Shown: in pieces, positions 38,272 to 52,665 of the stretch
Position numbering within the stretch: position 1 is the first letter of the stretch
How the letters are laid out: every line of letters begins with the position of its first letter
Source: Rhina ancylostomus
Lineage: Eukaryota
Length of the DNA stretch: 64,000 bases
Reading direction: 5' to 3'
Assembly: GCA_030265395.1 (NCBI GenBank)
Contig: JARFYF010000063.1
Coordinates: 47,819,001-47,883,000 of the forward strand
The notes under the pieces: generated by a model
The model's input: only the letters and a program-made list of their open reading frames with translations
Told to the model about the DNA's origin: nothing
The model's database searches: none
Translations under genes and position numbers: made by a program

Positions 38272-41200
38272 CTGAAAGAAATATTGGAACTACGATTAAT
38301 AAGCGGCCAAAGCAATAGACAGAGATGAATGAAAAGGGAGTCGGCGGGGGGGGGGGAGGGGGGGGAAGCGAGTGTTGGGAGAGAAAAATGGCAATGCAAG
38401 ACGTACTCAAAGAGAAACTTGCCGTTAAAGACAATCAACTCCCAATTGAAATGAAGAAGATACAAGTAAAATTATCCATGCTAATTAAAAGTAGAAAGTG
38501 CAGCAGGTCAACCCACAGGTGAAAGCCAAAGTTATTTAAATACTTCACTTAATAATTGGGACCCAATTAGCTTAAAGTCTTTTTCACTTTCAAGAAATTA
38601 TGGTTTTCAAGTTTGTTGAGAAGATAATGCTGTTGTCTTTCCTCCAAGTGTTTAAGAAAAAGAACAAACTGAGCTAAGGAACATTAAGGTGCATTCAGTG
38701 TGACTTGTAATTATATTGCACTGCTAGATTAATGTGTTTGATGCATGAGAAACTATGTTGGGAAATATGACTGCTACAAGATCAAGAACCAGTCCATTTT
38801 ATGCTGGCTATATTTCCAAGATACATATGAGCTTTAATGTCTGACTAATCTACTGACCTGAGGTTGAATTAATATCCAAACATTTTGCTGTAAATTACAG
38901 TTAAAACCTGACAATCTTCTTGTTTCAGTCTGACATCTCTAAATGATTCCGAAAGCCTATGACCTGTGCGCACATTGCTAATGAACCATCTGGTACAGTC
39001 TGATAGCTTATAAAATAATCTGCAGCACAAGCCTTTGGACTGAGATGCTTTTTGACTAATGAGTTGCAGGTAAATGAACTGCATGTCCTTCACAAGGGAT
39101 ACTACATTGGAATACCCTTTGACCTTATGCCAACATTAAAAAGCACATTTGAAATTTCCCCGTTTCTAATGGCTGCTAAAGTGCTCCTAATTCTCACCGG
39201 CTTCTCATGGGTAAAAGGGCAGTATGAAAGGGATTGTACATTAAAATGGTCTGTTTCACCTCAGTCTATTGCCTGTGCTCAGTGACAATCAAAGTAATCT
39301 TAAACTTCTATAATCTCTATTGTAAATGTTCTGCTATGCTGTAATTACTGATTTTAAAAAAATGCCATTAAGTATCAAGTACATTGTATGCAAGGTCCCT
39401 GAGGAATGCTTTTCCTTGCTACTTTTTAAGTGAAAGAGACTCCTTTATTGAAATCTAGACTATAGCAGATAATTCTACAAAGACATTTCTGGGTTGCAGT
39501 TTTCTCTCGGCTTGTGGTCCACTTTCAAACTTTGATAATATTCAAGGATTGGTCACTGATTTTACCATCAATCAAATATAGAGGAAAAAAAACTTAAATC
39601 AGTACCAGTCATTATCTGCTCCATGGGTTATAACTATATTCCAAGACTCTGTTGTGTTGGGAGCTCATCATCAACCACCCCCAACCGCTCTCTAATTTTT
39701 GTTACATAAGATTCAATTTTAGTCTTGCAGAGTTAGGTAACTTTATGAATTGACTTGATTATTATTGGTTCAGCTGTATGAGTGACCCTATTCATATAAG
39801 CACGATCTGTGTGGAAACATTCCAAGATATTCATTACGTATTTTCTGTTCAAAATAGAAGGAAGAATGCATAAAATAATGAGGTAAGTAAAACCAAAGGC
39901 CTGGAGAAGAGTTTTCAAAGCAAAATTAGAGATGTGAATTATTATTAATCATAGCCAGTGGGGAAGCATTGTTTCTCCTGGATCACTGTGCTGTAATATC
40001 CTCTATAATCCATTAAATATTATTCACTTAGGGATTAATTAACATTTACTTGTAAAACCCAGCCCCGCTAAACTATTGTGTTGTCTATCCACGCAAGTTA
40101 GTAGTGCAGGCAGACTATTAATGTTGCTGAAACTGTTGTTCAACACAAATGCCAGCAAGCTATTATATGTCTGTTTGCCAGTTTTATCGGGTGGTCTTTG
40201 GATCTTTGAACTGCTCCATGCTAGTGGTAGAATTTTTACACGTGACACCACAAAACCACACAATTTCTATATCTAACAAATGCAAATTGTTCTTTTGAGC
40301 ATTCAAGCCACACAGCAATATAACAGTGAGCAAATAATTTCTGAAACATTTCCCTGTTGACTTTTGTATATCATCATTCTTACATGTTACTTGATGACGT
40401 AGGAGTCTTAGTGCCAGTCTTTATTCTGTGAAAATGCTATTTGTTTTACTTTTAAAGGTTGTAAGAGTGGGAGGACTGCAAATTCATGGTGCTGTAGTTT
40501 GTGGGAGAACTGCTGACCCACTGATAATCTGGGATAGTTGTTGTTGGAGCCCCCTGATAAGCAGCAGGATTTTCTAAATATATAGATACTTGGTGAGGAA
40601 AAAGATTCGATTATTATTTCAGGCTTGTTCCACTCATAACTTGCTTGTGAGTTTGATCTTGTATCATGTCCTCAAATTACTACGCAGTGCCTGAAATAGT
40701 GGTATAATGTCTTAAACTTCCTTGTACACTGTTATCAATGCTGCTTTCCCTTAAAATATTCTCAGTATTTGGGTAATCACCAGTGAATTTTGAATTTTTG
40801 TCCTCTAGCTCCATTTTACAGACCCCTCGTTTACCTCACCTTCTAACACTGTCAAATTTTTTCCTCTAGTGAATCTTCTTTACTTTTTCCAACCCACCCC
40901 CTCCCCACACACCACATGCCTCAAATCAACCTAGTTACTTAAAAACTTTTCTAAAATAATTGTATGTTTTTTGAATGGGGTTGCTTGATTTATACTTTAG
41001 ATTTTAGCTATCTTCAGTGCATTCTCATTTCAACTTGTAATTTGATGCTCCCCATGTGCACCACAATGCCTGACATGTTTTATTGATAACTTCTTCACAA
41101 AGATCAGAGTAATGTTAATGATCACTAGAAAACCTTTCAGTTTTTAGTTTTGTCAGTGAAGATTTATGGTTTTGATTTTGTTTGATATTTTCTTTCGGGT

Positions 41201-42145
41201 GGACCTACCACTCCTTGAATCACCCTGCAGCATGATTATATCTCACAGGATTGGGTTTCCCTCGCTTCCACAATCTACTGATTTAATACAAAATAGGACC
41301 CTTACATATTAATGATTACCTGTTCATATATGCATTATCCGCTATTCAAGACTGCATTAAGAATCTTCTGCCATATCCCAGCCCATCTGCATAATTGATT
41401 ATCTTTAGATAGACTGGGGCCAATTTACTTTCAACTCATTATCTGCCCACAAAGCTTCACCTTGTCAGCAATTTTAATAGTACCACTATTCTGTAATATT
41501 CATAAGTATTGTGAGCAGCAGAGGTCCTGGAATTTACAGCATTATTTTCCAACTATCACTACCTCTATGCCTATTGTTACACTTGTTCTTAAACTGGGTA
41601 AATCTCATCTGTCCTACAAACCCCAACCTTCCCAATTAGTGCCATGGTGGAAATTTGTTGAACATCATTTGAAAATCCATGTAAATTTCTTCTATTATCC
41701 ACGACCATTTCAGAGGCATAGAGTTTCATGCCACTTCCTCCAATATTTGTCCCACTACACGCACTAGACTTGTAAGGACAGAATCAATGTTTTATTTCTC
41801 GTCTATACACAGTTACCCTGGTGCTGGCCAATACTTATTTGGAAAGCAGCTCTGATTACCTCTCAATTTATTATTTTTACATCTCTGCTTTGTAGCCTTT
41901 GGCAAGAATTGTGTGATTTTTTTTTACTACCTTGCATCTGCTGCCATTTTTGATGCTCCTTCCAAAACCCTTATTTAATGGCTTGAACCTTGTTATTTTT
42001 CTCCTTCAAAAAGGAAGTGGAATTTATTTTTCCTGTTTCAATTCATAAATATTGGCTTTCCAATTAATTACCCCCCCAGCCTCAGCTCATAGCTTTGAAA
42101 TCTGCATTCCCTGACTCCATACCATCACAGTGTTAAACATGAAAT

Positions 42146-42280
42146 AAAATGCAGATGCTGGATATCTGGAACAGAACCAGAAAATGCTGGAAACAATCAG
42201 GTCTCTGACTTAAAATGTTAACTCTGTTTCACTTTCCAGTGATGCTGCCTGACCTGCAGAGTGTTTTCCAGCATTTTCAA
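42146..42280. mobile_element. Penelope-like terminus in inverted (fold-back) arrangement
   Basis: GAAAATGCTGGAAA (42180-42193) and its perfect reverse complement (42265-42278). Confidence 0.65.
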
Positions 42281-45200
42281 TGTGGACCATTGCTGCCAGT
42301 ATGAAGTCAGAAGTTCAGACCTAGACTTTGCAGCAAGTCCCCAGTGCCCACTGTTCTCCCCTGTGTTAGCTCTGCACTCCAGTGCAGCTGGCCTAGATGA
42401 TGGTAGCTCCTGGTCTGGGTCGATACTCAATTCATCACTTTGGGAGGGAGGGAAGAATGGGCAGAGGAGATGGGGCAGTTGGGCAGAACACATCCTGCCC
42501 ACAAACTGCTATGTTTGTCATTTGTTGATGAATTGACAAAGCATCCATAAAACTTTGACTGGTTCTGTCATTCAGAAACATTCAAAACTTGCAGAAGTCA
42601 TTACATTTAAATTAGGCAAAGATTAAATTGAAACAAAAACAGTTTGATACAGTAAAATGATTCCAAAAGAAATAATCTGACAAAAACTTACCCAGTCCTT
42701 TGAAGCCTTTCTTCACCATTCAAATGAATGGAGATACAGCAGGTCTGCTACAGGTTTAACATGGTTTAACAGGNNNNNNNNNNNNNNNNNCTTTGCACTT
42801 CGCTGCTGGAGTTCATTGAAGTCCAACATCGGAGTGTAGCCAGAGACTCCCCAGCTGATAGGTGCTGGAAAGTTTGGGACTTTTGTGTCCCTCCTGCACA
42901 CACACAAAAATATCCAAAACATATTGTATTGATGCTTGAAAGTGACAACAGTTAGATGCTAAACTGTTGGTCTTTCCCACAAAGTTTGGCCCTAATGCCA
43001 CCAAGGTTGTTCTCATCTTGGTGGTGTCAGTGTGTTTGTTAAAGGTGACTGGGTAGTGCCTAGAAGAAACAGCGTTGTCCCTCTTCCTTTCCCTTATTAG
43101 ATTGCTACGGCTAACTGCAGCATTTGCATTACCTAACTGGTTGGGATAAGCTAACTTTGCCCTGTCTGGAATCTGGGATTTATCTTCACAGTCATCTCGA
43201 CCTACAGGAAAGATGCATTGTTACTCAATGAAGCAAACTAAATGTCCTTTTATTTCTGGTTTAGATAGATGGAGTTCCAAGATTCTGACTGGGGAGCAAT
43301 GAATCAATGTCCATGTTAGAATGAGATGCAACTTGGAAAGGAGATGTATTATGAGTTAAAGATTTCAAGTTTTGGAAGTGCTATTGAAGAAGCCTCAGTG
43401 AGTTACTGACTTACTGAATTAATTCAATTGGTTGGTTAATGGTTCTGTATTAATGGAGATCAAAAGGAACCTGCAGTGGTTTGTCCTTCAACATTCCTGA
43501 TTCAACACGAAATGGTGACAAGAGGGCAAGAGATATTCTGTGCCACAGAGATTTAGATTGTGGCGGAATTCCATTCTGCTGCTGGCTCATTTCACCTCAT
43601 AGATATGATTCAGCAGCTCATAAATGAACATCCATCTCATTTAGCATAGCAGTAGTGACTCATGGTATGATGAAATGGAAAGATTGGATATCATCTCTGC
43701 ATTGATGCTGCCATGGATTGTGACCACCACATATTGATAGAAATGTCTGAAAGAGGTAGCTCGAGATGAAGGTCATGAATGTTTTTTCTCACGTTGGTTG
43801 TCCCTTCACCTGCTATTTCAGTTATACAATATTTTGATTGTTAATGGAGTGTTATGCAGTTATTGAATACTTGGTCATAATTCATTTAACTGCGACCAAT
43901 TAATATCTCTATTGAGCTCAAACATTGGAGAGAATAATGCATCATGCTGTATTGATGATAAACCCCTAGAAATATAATGAGCTGCGAGTGAATGTTTAGT
44001 GTTTCTTGGCAAGTTCAAATGTTGTATTTAGTTAACCCTGAATGCAATACTATAAATATTTGTAGAAAGCAAATCCAGTGCTGGATTACTTTCTCAGATA
44101 TTTTATTGAAGAATGCTTAATTAAATCTGCTGCATTGGATTTAACTCTTTGGTCCTGAAGCGTACAATCTTCTAGGAAAGTGTTTCCACGCTATTTCATT
44201 CAGGAAGTTCACTATGGAAATGGAAAATGTAATTCTAAAACGAAGTGGAGCAACAAGTAGAATATAGTCCTTGAATAGAATAACAATTAAAGGCTTCAAG
44301 CACGTATGCATTGTTTTACTTCCAATAATAAGTGAAGTGCCTGTGGTGGCCTTGGATTCAGCAAACCATTACCAACCACTATGATGGCTCACTGCCAACC
44401 AAAAGAGATGTAGGGCACAGGGCGGAGTAAAGAGACAGAGAGGGAGAGAGATCCATTAAGGCACTCCATCTCTTCCCTCTCCTCTGCCCCTTCTTCAATT
44501 TCCACCCAGTCTTCTTCCTTGTTCTCTCTCTCTCTCTACCAACCCTGCTCCCTACCCCCTACCTATTACTATCTCACTCAGAATATTTGATACTCAGCTA
44601 GAGGTCTGGCGGTTGCATTGAATGGAAAGAATAGGCATTATACAGTTTAATACAAAATAAAACTGCACACCAGACTGAATTGACCTCTTATAAATAAAGT
44701 GTGCACAGTTTATGGTGACACATAAAATGATTGGAATACAGAACCATGCTAACTACCTAAACAATATATGTTTTTTTTTGTAACTTGGCTGGAAGAGAAA
44801 CTTGCAGCCATCAAAGATATGTTCTTTTTTAAAAAAAACCCGTAAAGTCATTGATCCTTCTATTTCTCACTGTCACCATCTACCACCAACAGAGATTGAA
44901 CTTTGGACTTGTTGCACAGATAAAGTTTAATATATGGCATTATTACCAATGAGATTATATTATTAGCCTGTCCAAATCAGAACCTGGAAGTGGTAAATCA
45001 CGTGCAAGGCAGAACCAAAATCACTGAGAATTCCTTAAGGATTCCTTCTGCTTGGCTGTTGTAACTTCACCTTAGAGCACAGAAATATCCTAAGACTGAG
45101 TTTCTGCTGAGATTCCAACCAGTGTTAAGGTAACTGAATAGAAGGTCCCTCCAGAAAATTCTGGATGAATGTATCACAACATCTATGATCTCTATAGCCA

Positions 45201-45317
45201 TAATGAAAACAAAATCCTTATAACACCGAATAGAATAATACTTTCCAAAATAACTGCTTTGTCATTATATATCCTCAATTGATACTTAGTAGTTACTTAT
45301 GTTACAATCTATAGAGC

Positions 45318-45500
45318 AGATGAATCATAAAGGTCCTTTTTTGTCAGGGTGGATTGAAAAGTGAAACAGTTTCAATGTAACAACCATCAGCTCCAGTCAC
45401 AATCCACCTCATCCACCTTTACTGTTTAAAGCAGCTTTCGTTACATTGAAACTGTTTCACTTTTCAATCCACTGACAAAAAGGATGTTAATGATTCATCT
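45318..45500. repeat. Long inverted repeat: ~60-bp arms, 33-bp perfect core, 58-nt spacer
   Basis: gtggattgaaaagtgaaacagtttcaatgtaac (45349-45381) pairs perfectly with 45440-45472; arms extend imperfectly to 45318 and 45500. Confidence 0.95.
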
Positions 45501-45634
45501 ATGACCACGTTACCTTGCTTATTCTGGGGCAAATTGAATATAGAACTGACAACTCAGTATCTGAATTCATACCATCTAATAAGCAGTTGGCAGCAGTTTG
45601 GATTTAAGAAGTCCCCCTCCAAGTTCAAACAATG

Positions 45635-46505
45635 TACCCAAGCAAATAAGAGCAGAAGTAGGCTGCCTGCTCCAGCATGTGAACTGAACTGCCCCAGGGC
45701 TTACCTCCTCTGTATGTTCAACATAGCCTTCAATTACCTGGTCTTTAAGTACTCCAGTGATCTAGCCTACACAACCGCCTCGGATAAAGAATGCCAGAGA
45801 TTCGCACTCTCTGCAAGAAATTCCTATGGACCTCAGATTTAAATGACTGCTCCTTCATCCAAGACTCTCTGACTTGTGGAAACATTTCTACTTCTGTCAT
45901 ATCCTCTTAAGTTCTTATATGATTCAATAAGATAATTCCTCATTCTTCTAAACTCCAAAGAATATCGATCCCGCTATATCAACTATTCATGATATGACAA
46001 ACCTCTAAATGCCAGAATTAGTCCAGTGAATCCCTTCTGGACCTCCTCCAGTGATAGTAATATCCTTTAAGTTAGGGGACCAAAACCATACATGAGTACT
46101 CCAGCTGCAGCCTCAGCAACCATGTATGATTGTAACAATGCTTTCTTATTTCTAAACTCCAGTGCCCTACCAATGAGCCGTTTATCTTCCTAACTACTTG
46201 CTGTACCTGCATGCTAGGTTTTTGTGTTTCATACGCAAGGGCACCTAAATCCTCCTGTACTTTGCTCATTTCCAATCTTTCTCCATTGAGGTAACAATGA
46301 TTCCGCCTTTTGATTCCACCTACCAAAGAGCATAACTTTGCATTTTCACGTGTTAAAACTCCAATTGGCAAGTTTTGGCCCTCTCACATAACCTATCCAT
46401 ATCTTACTGCAGAGTCCACATATGATGGAAGCATGGCCTTCCATCTATTTTTGTATCATCAGCAAACTTGCATACCTTACACACCTCTTCCAGGTTACAT
46501 ATAGT
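45635..46505 (-). mobile_element. CR1/HER1-like LINE 3' fragment
   Basis: Minus ORF YLNGERLEMSKVQEDLGALAYETQKPSMQVQQVVRKING and the reverse tail aaataagagcagaagtaggc. Confidence 0.85.
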
Positions 46506-49500
46506 AAACACTTGTTTATCTGGTACTTATGCATCTGGAATTCTCATGCAACTGGCAAAAATCTATTAAGAAATGTCATATTTTTTCCCCAAATATGTGA
46601 AATTGAAATAGGCACACCAGATTCCAATGTGATTTTGTTCACACGTCATGGTGGAGCAGCCCACCCTCAGTCCCTCGCATACAGTTATTTGTGGCAATTG
46701 GTTCCAATTGTGCTTATAAACCACTGTACTTCTGTTTACTATATAGGGTAAGAATGCTCTTGGCAAAGATATGAAGTGGAAACATGTTGTTTAAACATTG
46801 AAACAGAAAATAGAAATATGTTCTTATGGAAGACTTACACTTTGCATTTAATGTCATAAATCGCTGAGTAACCAAAGTGTAAAGCTTACAGAGTTCTTCC
46901 TGAATTCAGAGAGTGATAAAAGTGTTGAAAGTTTTATGCAGAGTAAGTGTGAAAAGACATCAGTAGTTTATTTACATTATACAGTGCAGTCAGAGGCTGA
47001 TTAACAGCAATGTCCTCTTTGAAGATTTGGCATTCGTGATTGAGTACAGTTATTCATTTGATTTACTTTTGCTGTATTTTACATCAATACTGATTAGCCT
47101 TAAAATATAGAATTGTGGTGTAAAACATTGTTATTTAGAAAGGTAAGGACATGACATATTGATGGCAATTTATTTAAAGCTTTATGCGTAGAATACTAGT
47201 GAGTGATGTATAGCAATGCCTTCTTAGAGCAATTCTCATGCAAGCAGAACCTCCCATTCGCCATGGATACTGGGTGGCTGAGAGTATACAGTATAGTAAA
47301 TGATTGAGGGCTTAGAACCCCAACACCATGAGCCCCAGGGTCTCTCTTTTTAAACTATGGTTGTCAAATTAAAAGTTTTGAATGCAGTCACTAAACATAG
47401 CTGGAAGTGTATTAAACTTTAAAAGCTATGTTACTGTTTTGTCTTTGACTCATGTTAGGGTAATGAATGAGTCTTTCCATTAATCTCCATTTGATAATTT
47501 ATGTAAATAAGGATACCATTCCTCAAAAAGTCAGCGCATGAACTAATATAATATTTATGCACAAAGATTATACTGAACAAAGGCCAAGCAATAACAAGCC
47601 CCTATCTGTTAAATCAAACTGCAGATTAGTAGCTTTTCCCATCTGAAAATGAATTTCACCTATTCACCAAGTGCAAAAAGAACCAGTCACTATTGGCATT
47701 GACTGAAGAGTTTGGAAACTACTACCAATCAGTCATCAGCAAAGAGCAGCAGGAAAATATAATTTCATTGAATTCCACAACTCTGTCCATCATTCTATTT
47801 CCAGGAAACCTGTAAAGATCTCAAAGCGTTCTTTTATATAAAAAATATAATTTGAGTTATTTAAACATCATATAGATTATTCAGATATTATCCCATACAT
47901 ATATAATGCTATAATATATACACAATGTTGGATTCTCAGTCATGATAGCAACACTACATACAATATTAAATGTTGTATTTTCCAACCATAAATTTCCATT
48001 GTAGAGATTTGTAATGGAGCTTATAATTACAGTATGACATGTTAACACACTGTTTCCATTCTAAATGTGGACGTAGGAATTTATGAGAAATATAAAAATA
48101 ACAATGAATTACATCTATGTTCTATTGACCAATTATTCCCTCTCCACTACATCCTCTTCTTCAGAAATCCAGGCTTTCTTCTAACTTGTCACTTTCACTA
48201 CCTCGATAGATTGATTCTTACAGCTTTGTGCCACCTAATTCTAATATAAATTCCTATAGCCACATTTATAATAAAAACTGTCTTTGTATAGTTGAGGCAC
48301 TGGCTTTGAAATGGAGATTGAATTGTCCCTGTGTACCCAGGTTTAAATATCTCCTGCCCTTGAACCTCATTTCATCTGAAAATTATATTTTGTTTCATGT
48401 GCAATTTCATAGAAATCTACATATATAAAAAAATCAGCACATACCTCTGAGTTGTCAGACAGTAATTAACAAATGACAAAAGCACAGCAAAGCAGATGTA
48501 GCTTTTTTCTGTACTAGTCTTTCACCCTAAAGTTATAACCTACTCATTATTGGCCTGGTTAGAGGAAATTTTATATATTTCATAAACACTCAAAATTACT
48601 GTATGACTGGGAATCTTCAGAAAAACTAAGACAAACTTTTAAGCAAGGTAAAGGATGAGTGGCTGTACTGATTTGAAAATAACAGCCAGGCTAGTAGATG
48701 TCTCAGTGTCCCAAATTGCAAGATTAAAACTAGAGTGGTTTATTGTTATCTGAATTCAGAGAACAAATGTTCTTAAACACTTTTGAGCCACACTTTTACC
48801 TGAGGCACTAATGGAGCGTGAAGGGTTGTAAGTATATTCTACAGTTCTTCTTTATTGCTCTTTTGATCAAATTTCTATCCTAGACTCAGCATGGATTTTT
48901 GCAAAACATTCCTTCCAACGCTTCTCTGTACATACAGGATCTCATAAACGCAGTGCCACTCATTGCTGCTTTTCTGCTCCTGTATTTCACACGTAGGAAT
49001 GTTAGAGGAGCAGAAAGGAAATGAAGGAGGAAGAAAAGAAAAATGAAAAAAGATCACTGCTTCTGCTTGTAGTATGACATTTGTCTTAAGACAGTTGTCA
49101 CTGATGCTCTGGAGTCGAGGATGGCAGATATAAGAATTAATTTCCTATTGCTGGCTGTTCAGCTGAACTCTTGGTGTAAAGATACCAAAAGCACAGCAAC
49201 TCATTTTGATAATTATTTCTGGCTTTTTGTTGGGAACATGCTTCTTGGGAAGTGTATGTCATGACTGAAAACCTCCAGTTCATCAAATTTAAAACTTGGC
49301 ATCAAGGAAACTGTTGGATTTTAGGGATACATCTAATATTGCTTTAAAGTTTAAAATGCATTTTTAATCTTTTTCCACATCTGGGGGCTGAGAGCCATGC
49401 CAGGCAAAGTGAAAGGAAAGAAAACCCAATGTGAAGGCACAGAATGGATTTTGTAGACAATTGATAGCATGGGGTTTGCTCCTAGGTCCCTGAATTTCTT

Positions 49501-51894
49501 AAACTCGATATATTAGCACTACTCATATGCTACTTGTATTCAGCCACAGGACATTTCTCGTACAACCACACCTGCTGCTGCATACTAGCACAGCAGTAAT
49601 GACAATGGAAATGACTGGAGCTATCTTTATGACAGACCCATCTGCTGTTTTTGCCATGAATAAGTACAATCATTATACGTATGTTTTGCAATTTCTTCTC
49701 ATTGTACAGCTAGGTGAGCAAGAATACCAGCAGCATCATAACAAAGTCATGTAGATAGCTTTTGGCTTGAATTTCCACACACTCCCCTTACTGGGTTTAG
49801 ATGGTCTGAAGTCATGATGACTTGAAAGATTATTGGTACAGTTAAAGTCCCCCAGAACTAGTGGGCAATGGAGGGTATAGAGGTGATAATTAGTTACAAT
49901 TATCATTTTGTGACTGAATTATGATTTGCATACCATACATCATTCTTACTGCTGGTTTTCCCGAGAGAACTTCCCCTAATGATTTTCATCCTGATCTGCT
50001 GTCCCACACCATGAGTATTTCAGGTTTCTCAGCTGTATGAGAAGCAGCAGCAAGTTAGACTGACTTTCTGTTTTGTTGAAACAGATACAAGCAGTTGGTG
50101 GCTACTGTACTTGTGCTCGAAGGTATATTTAAAACGACGGCTCCTTTTCCTCTTCAATTTCCTCAGACAGACTGGAGCTGCACCACACTGAAAACTTGGT
50201 CTAATTGCCAGCATGGCTTCTGAAGGGTAACCCAAGGATTCAAGTAAAGCCATTATCTTACCATGGTCATTTTTGGTGAAGTTCTGCTGGTTCCCCTGAT
50301 CTGGTTACAAAAGTTAAACTTTGTAAAACTGCTGTCTATATTCACAAGCATTACATTCAATTTTCCATTGCTACTATAAATAGAAAAGTCTCATCAAAAA
50401 GTGAAGATGATAATCGATCTCGCTAATGCAACTTTCACTCACATAATAAAGATGGCAATCAATTTATGCAGTATAAATGCCAAGAGCTGCTGCGGAAACC
50501 AACTCTTTCAATGCCTATTAGTAACTGTCCACTTTCAATTGGAAGGCAATAATGGTTGTAATAATGGGTTGTATTGGCCCAATGCCCAAATGGAACATTT
50601 AATACTTCTGAATGTCCCTGACCTAAAGCGCTCTGCAAAGCTAAGCTGTACACCCACACAGGACTTGCAATGTTGGCAACAGATACAGGCTTTGTAGTTA
50701 CCAACTCAGTCCTGTGGCTAGGGGAGCCTATTGATTAAAAAGGTACGGTACAACAAGTATACTCTACTCCCTTAAACATCCTTGCATGTTCCTTTCGTGG
50801 CTGTGCAGTTCCAAACACACTGTTGGTTTCGCTGCTGTCATCATTCCTCAAACAGGTGCAGGCCACGAGCAGCAGAAACTAAGGTGCTGCCTACAGATCA
50901 TTCTGATAGCCTTCTGACAGCTTGTGCAGTCAAAGGCTTTTTCATCATTTCAAATGCCTGTTTTTCACAGGCACTTAAAAATTCTTGAAATTGATTTAAA
51001 TTATTTGGAAGTTATCTTTTTACATAATAATAAACCACATTTAACTGATGTAAACTGCTTTGTTCATGTTTTCAAATTAAAAAAATATTAAAACTTCTTA
51101 CCTTCATTAACTTTTCACATGAGGCCACCCTGGAAATGCTAGCTATTGCTGATGTAAGTCTAGGAGGCCAGATATGAATATTATCTGGCCTCTCAGCTCA
51201 GCATGGAACACCCCTGGATTTGATAATTCCAGGGGTGTGGTGAAAAGTCCTTTGCACTCAGATCTGATCTCCAGCATGTTCTATATTTCCACACTACAGT
51301 ACATAGTGGCAAAAGTCCAACAAGTGCTGCAGCTAGCCAATGTTCCTTTGTGGAACTGCTAGCTGGCCATAGGCAATGATCCACCTCTCTATGTAATCAG
51401 TACATTCAATGCATGAACAAAGGGAGGATTTGAAATAAAGAACTGAGGCCTACCTATAATATACGTACAATAGCAAAATAAATATTCTGTATTAAGATAA
51501 GATTCAGAACGTCTTTAACCCTCTGGTTACTTGTGAAATCACACTTTAAGAATGCCAGCTATTTAAAATTTGTGCCTCTGACAACTGTCTTTTCAATATA
51601 TGCATTTCACCAACTCAACAGTATTGCGCTGATTGATTTGAGCCTAGAAGTATTCACCATAATTAAATTTTTTTAGAAATAGGTTACAGATCTATGTTTG
51701 CAGTAGAATAATATACACCTGTCACATTCTTACAACAGTCCTTTATCTAACTAACTCAATTGAACAATATCACAATGGCCCTGCATGTCTGATGCTGCTG
51801 TGTACAGATCTATTGTAACCTTTGGCTGAATTTCAGCCACAAATTACTGACGGGGGTTGGGGGTGGGGAATGGGAAGGAGAGGGGAGAGCTCAG

Positions 51895-52665
51895 ACAAGA
51901 ATTGTCCTGGACAACTGATCCTGAAGTCATGGAGGAACAAATCAGTGCAAACTGGTAGGATGGATGAAAGTGCCAGACAATGACGATCTCCAACAAGAAA
52001 GAGTTTCATCATCTACCCTTGGCATTCAATGGTATTAACATCACTGAGCCCCCAGTGCCAATATTCTGGGGGACATCACTGACCAAAGACTCAATTGGAC
52101 CATCCACATAAATACTATAATATATACTATATTCTATACTTACAAGATCTGGTCAGAGGTTGGGTATCCTTTGACGTGAGAATATCCTGGATCCTTTCCA
52201 CACTCTACAAGGCACATGTAATGGAAAGCTCTCCAACTACATTCATGGAGCTCAGCACCATCCAAGACAAAGCAGCCTGCTTGTTTGGTATCCCAGCAAC
52301 TCCCTTAAACATTTATTTCCTCCACAAGTGGCTGCAGTGTGTAGCATATATGCCAAATGCATTGCAGTTACTCACTCAGGCTACCCTGGCAATACCTCCT
52401 AAACCCACAATCTTTACCACCAAGCGCTTCAGTTACATGGGAACACCACCACATGCAGGATCCCCTTCAAGTTACATACCATTTTGACTTGGGAATATAT
52501 CACTAGTCATTTATCACCACTGTGTCTAAATCCTGGAGTTTGCTCCCCAGCTGTGGGAGTATCTTCACCAGGACAGCAGCTGTCCACCTTTTCGACGACA
52601 ATTAAGGACAGACAATAATTGCTGGTCTTGCCTGTAATATCCAGTGCAATAAGAATAAATTTTAA
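51895..52665 (+). mobile_element. CR1-like LINE 3' fragment
   Basis: LSTLYKAHVMESSP...IQDKAACLFG ORF remnant and tail aattaaggacagacaataattgctggtcttgcc. Confidence 0.75.

Noticed and set aside
38272-38434. N-terminal extension of ORF 38024-38434 with poly-proline
   Set aside because: Intronic read-through upstream of the AG acceptor; the prolines come from the C tract.
45040-45155. Faint LF-SINE-like words (ctgctgagattccaac, ggtccctccag)
   Set aside because: Matches are short and in inconsistent orientation; not supportable without an HMM search.
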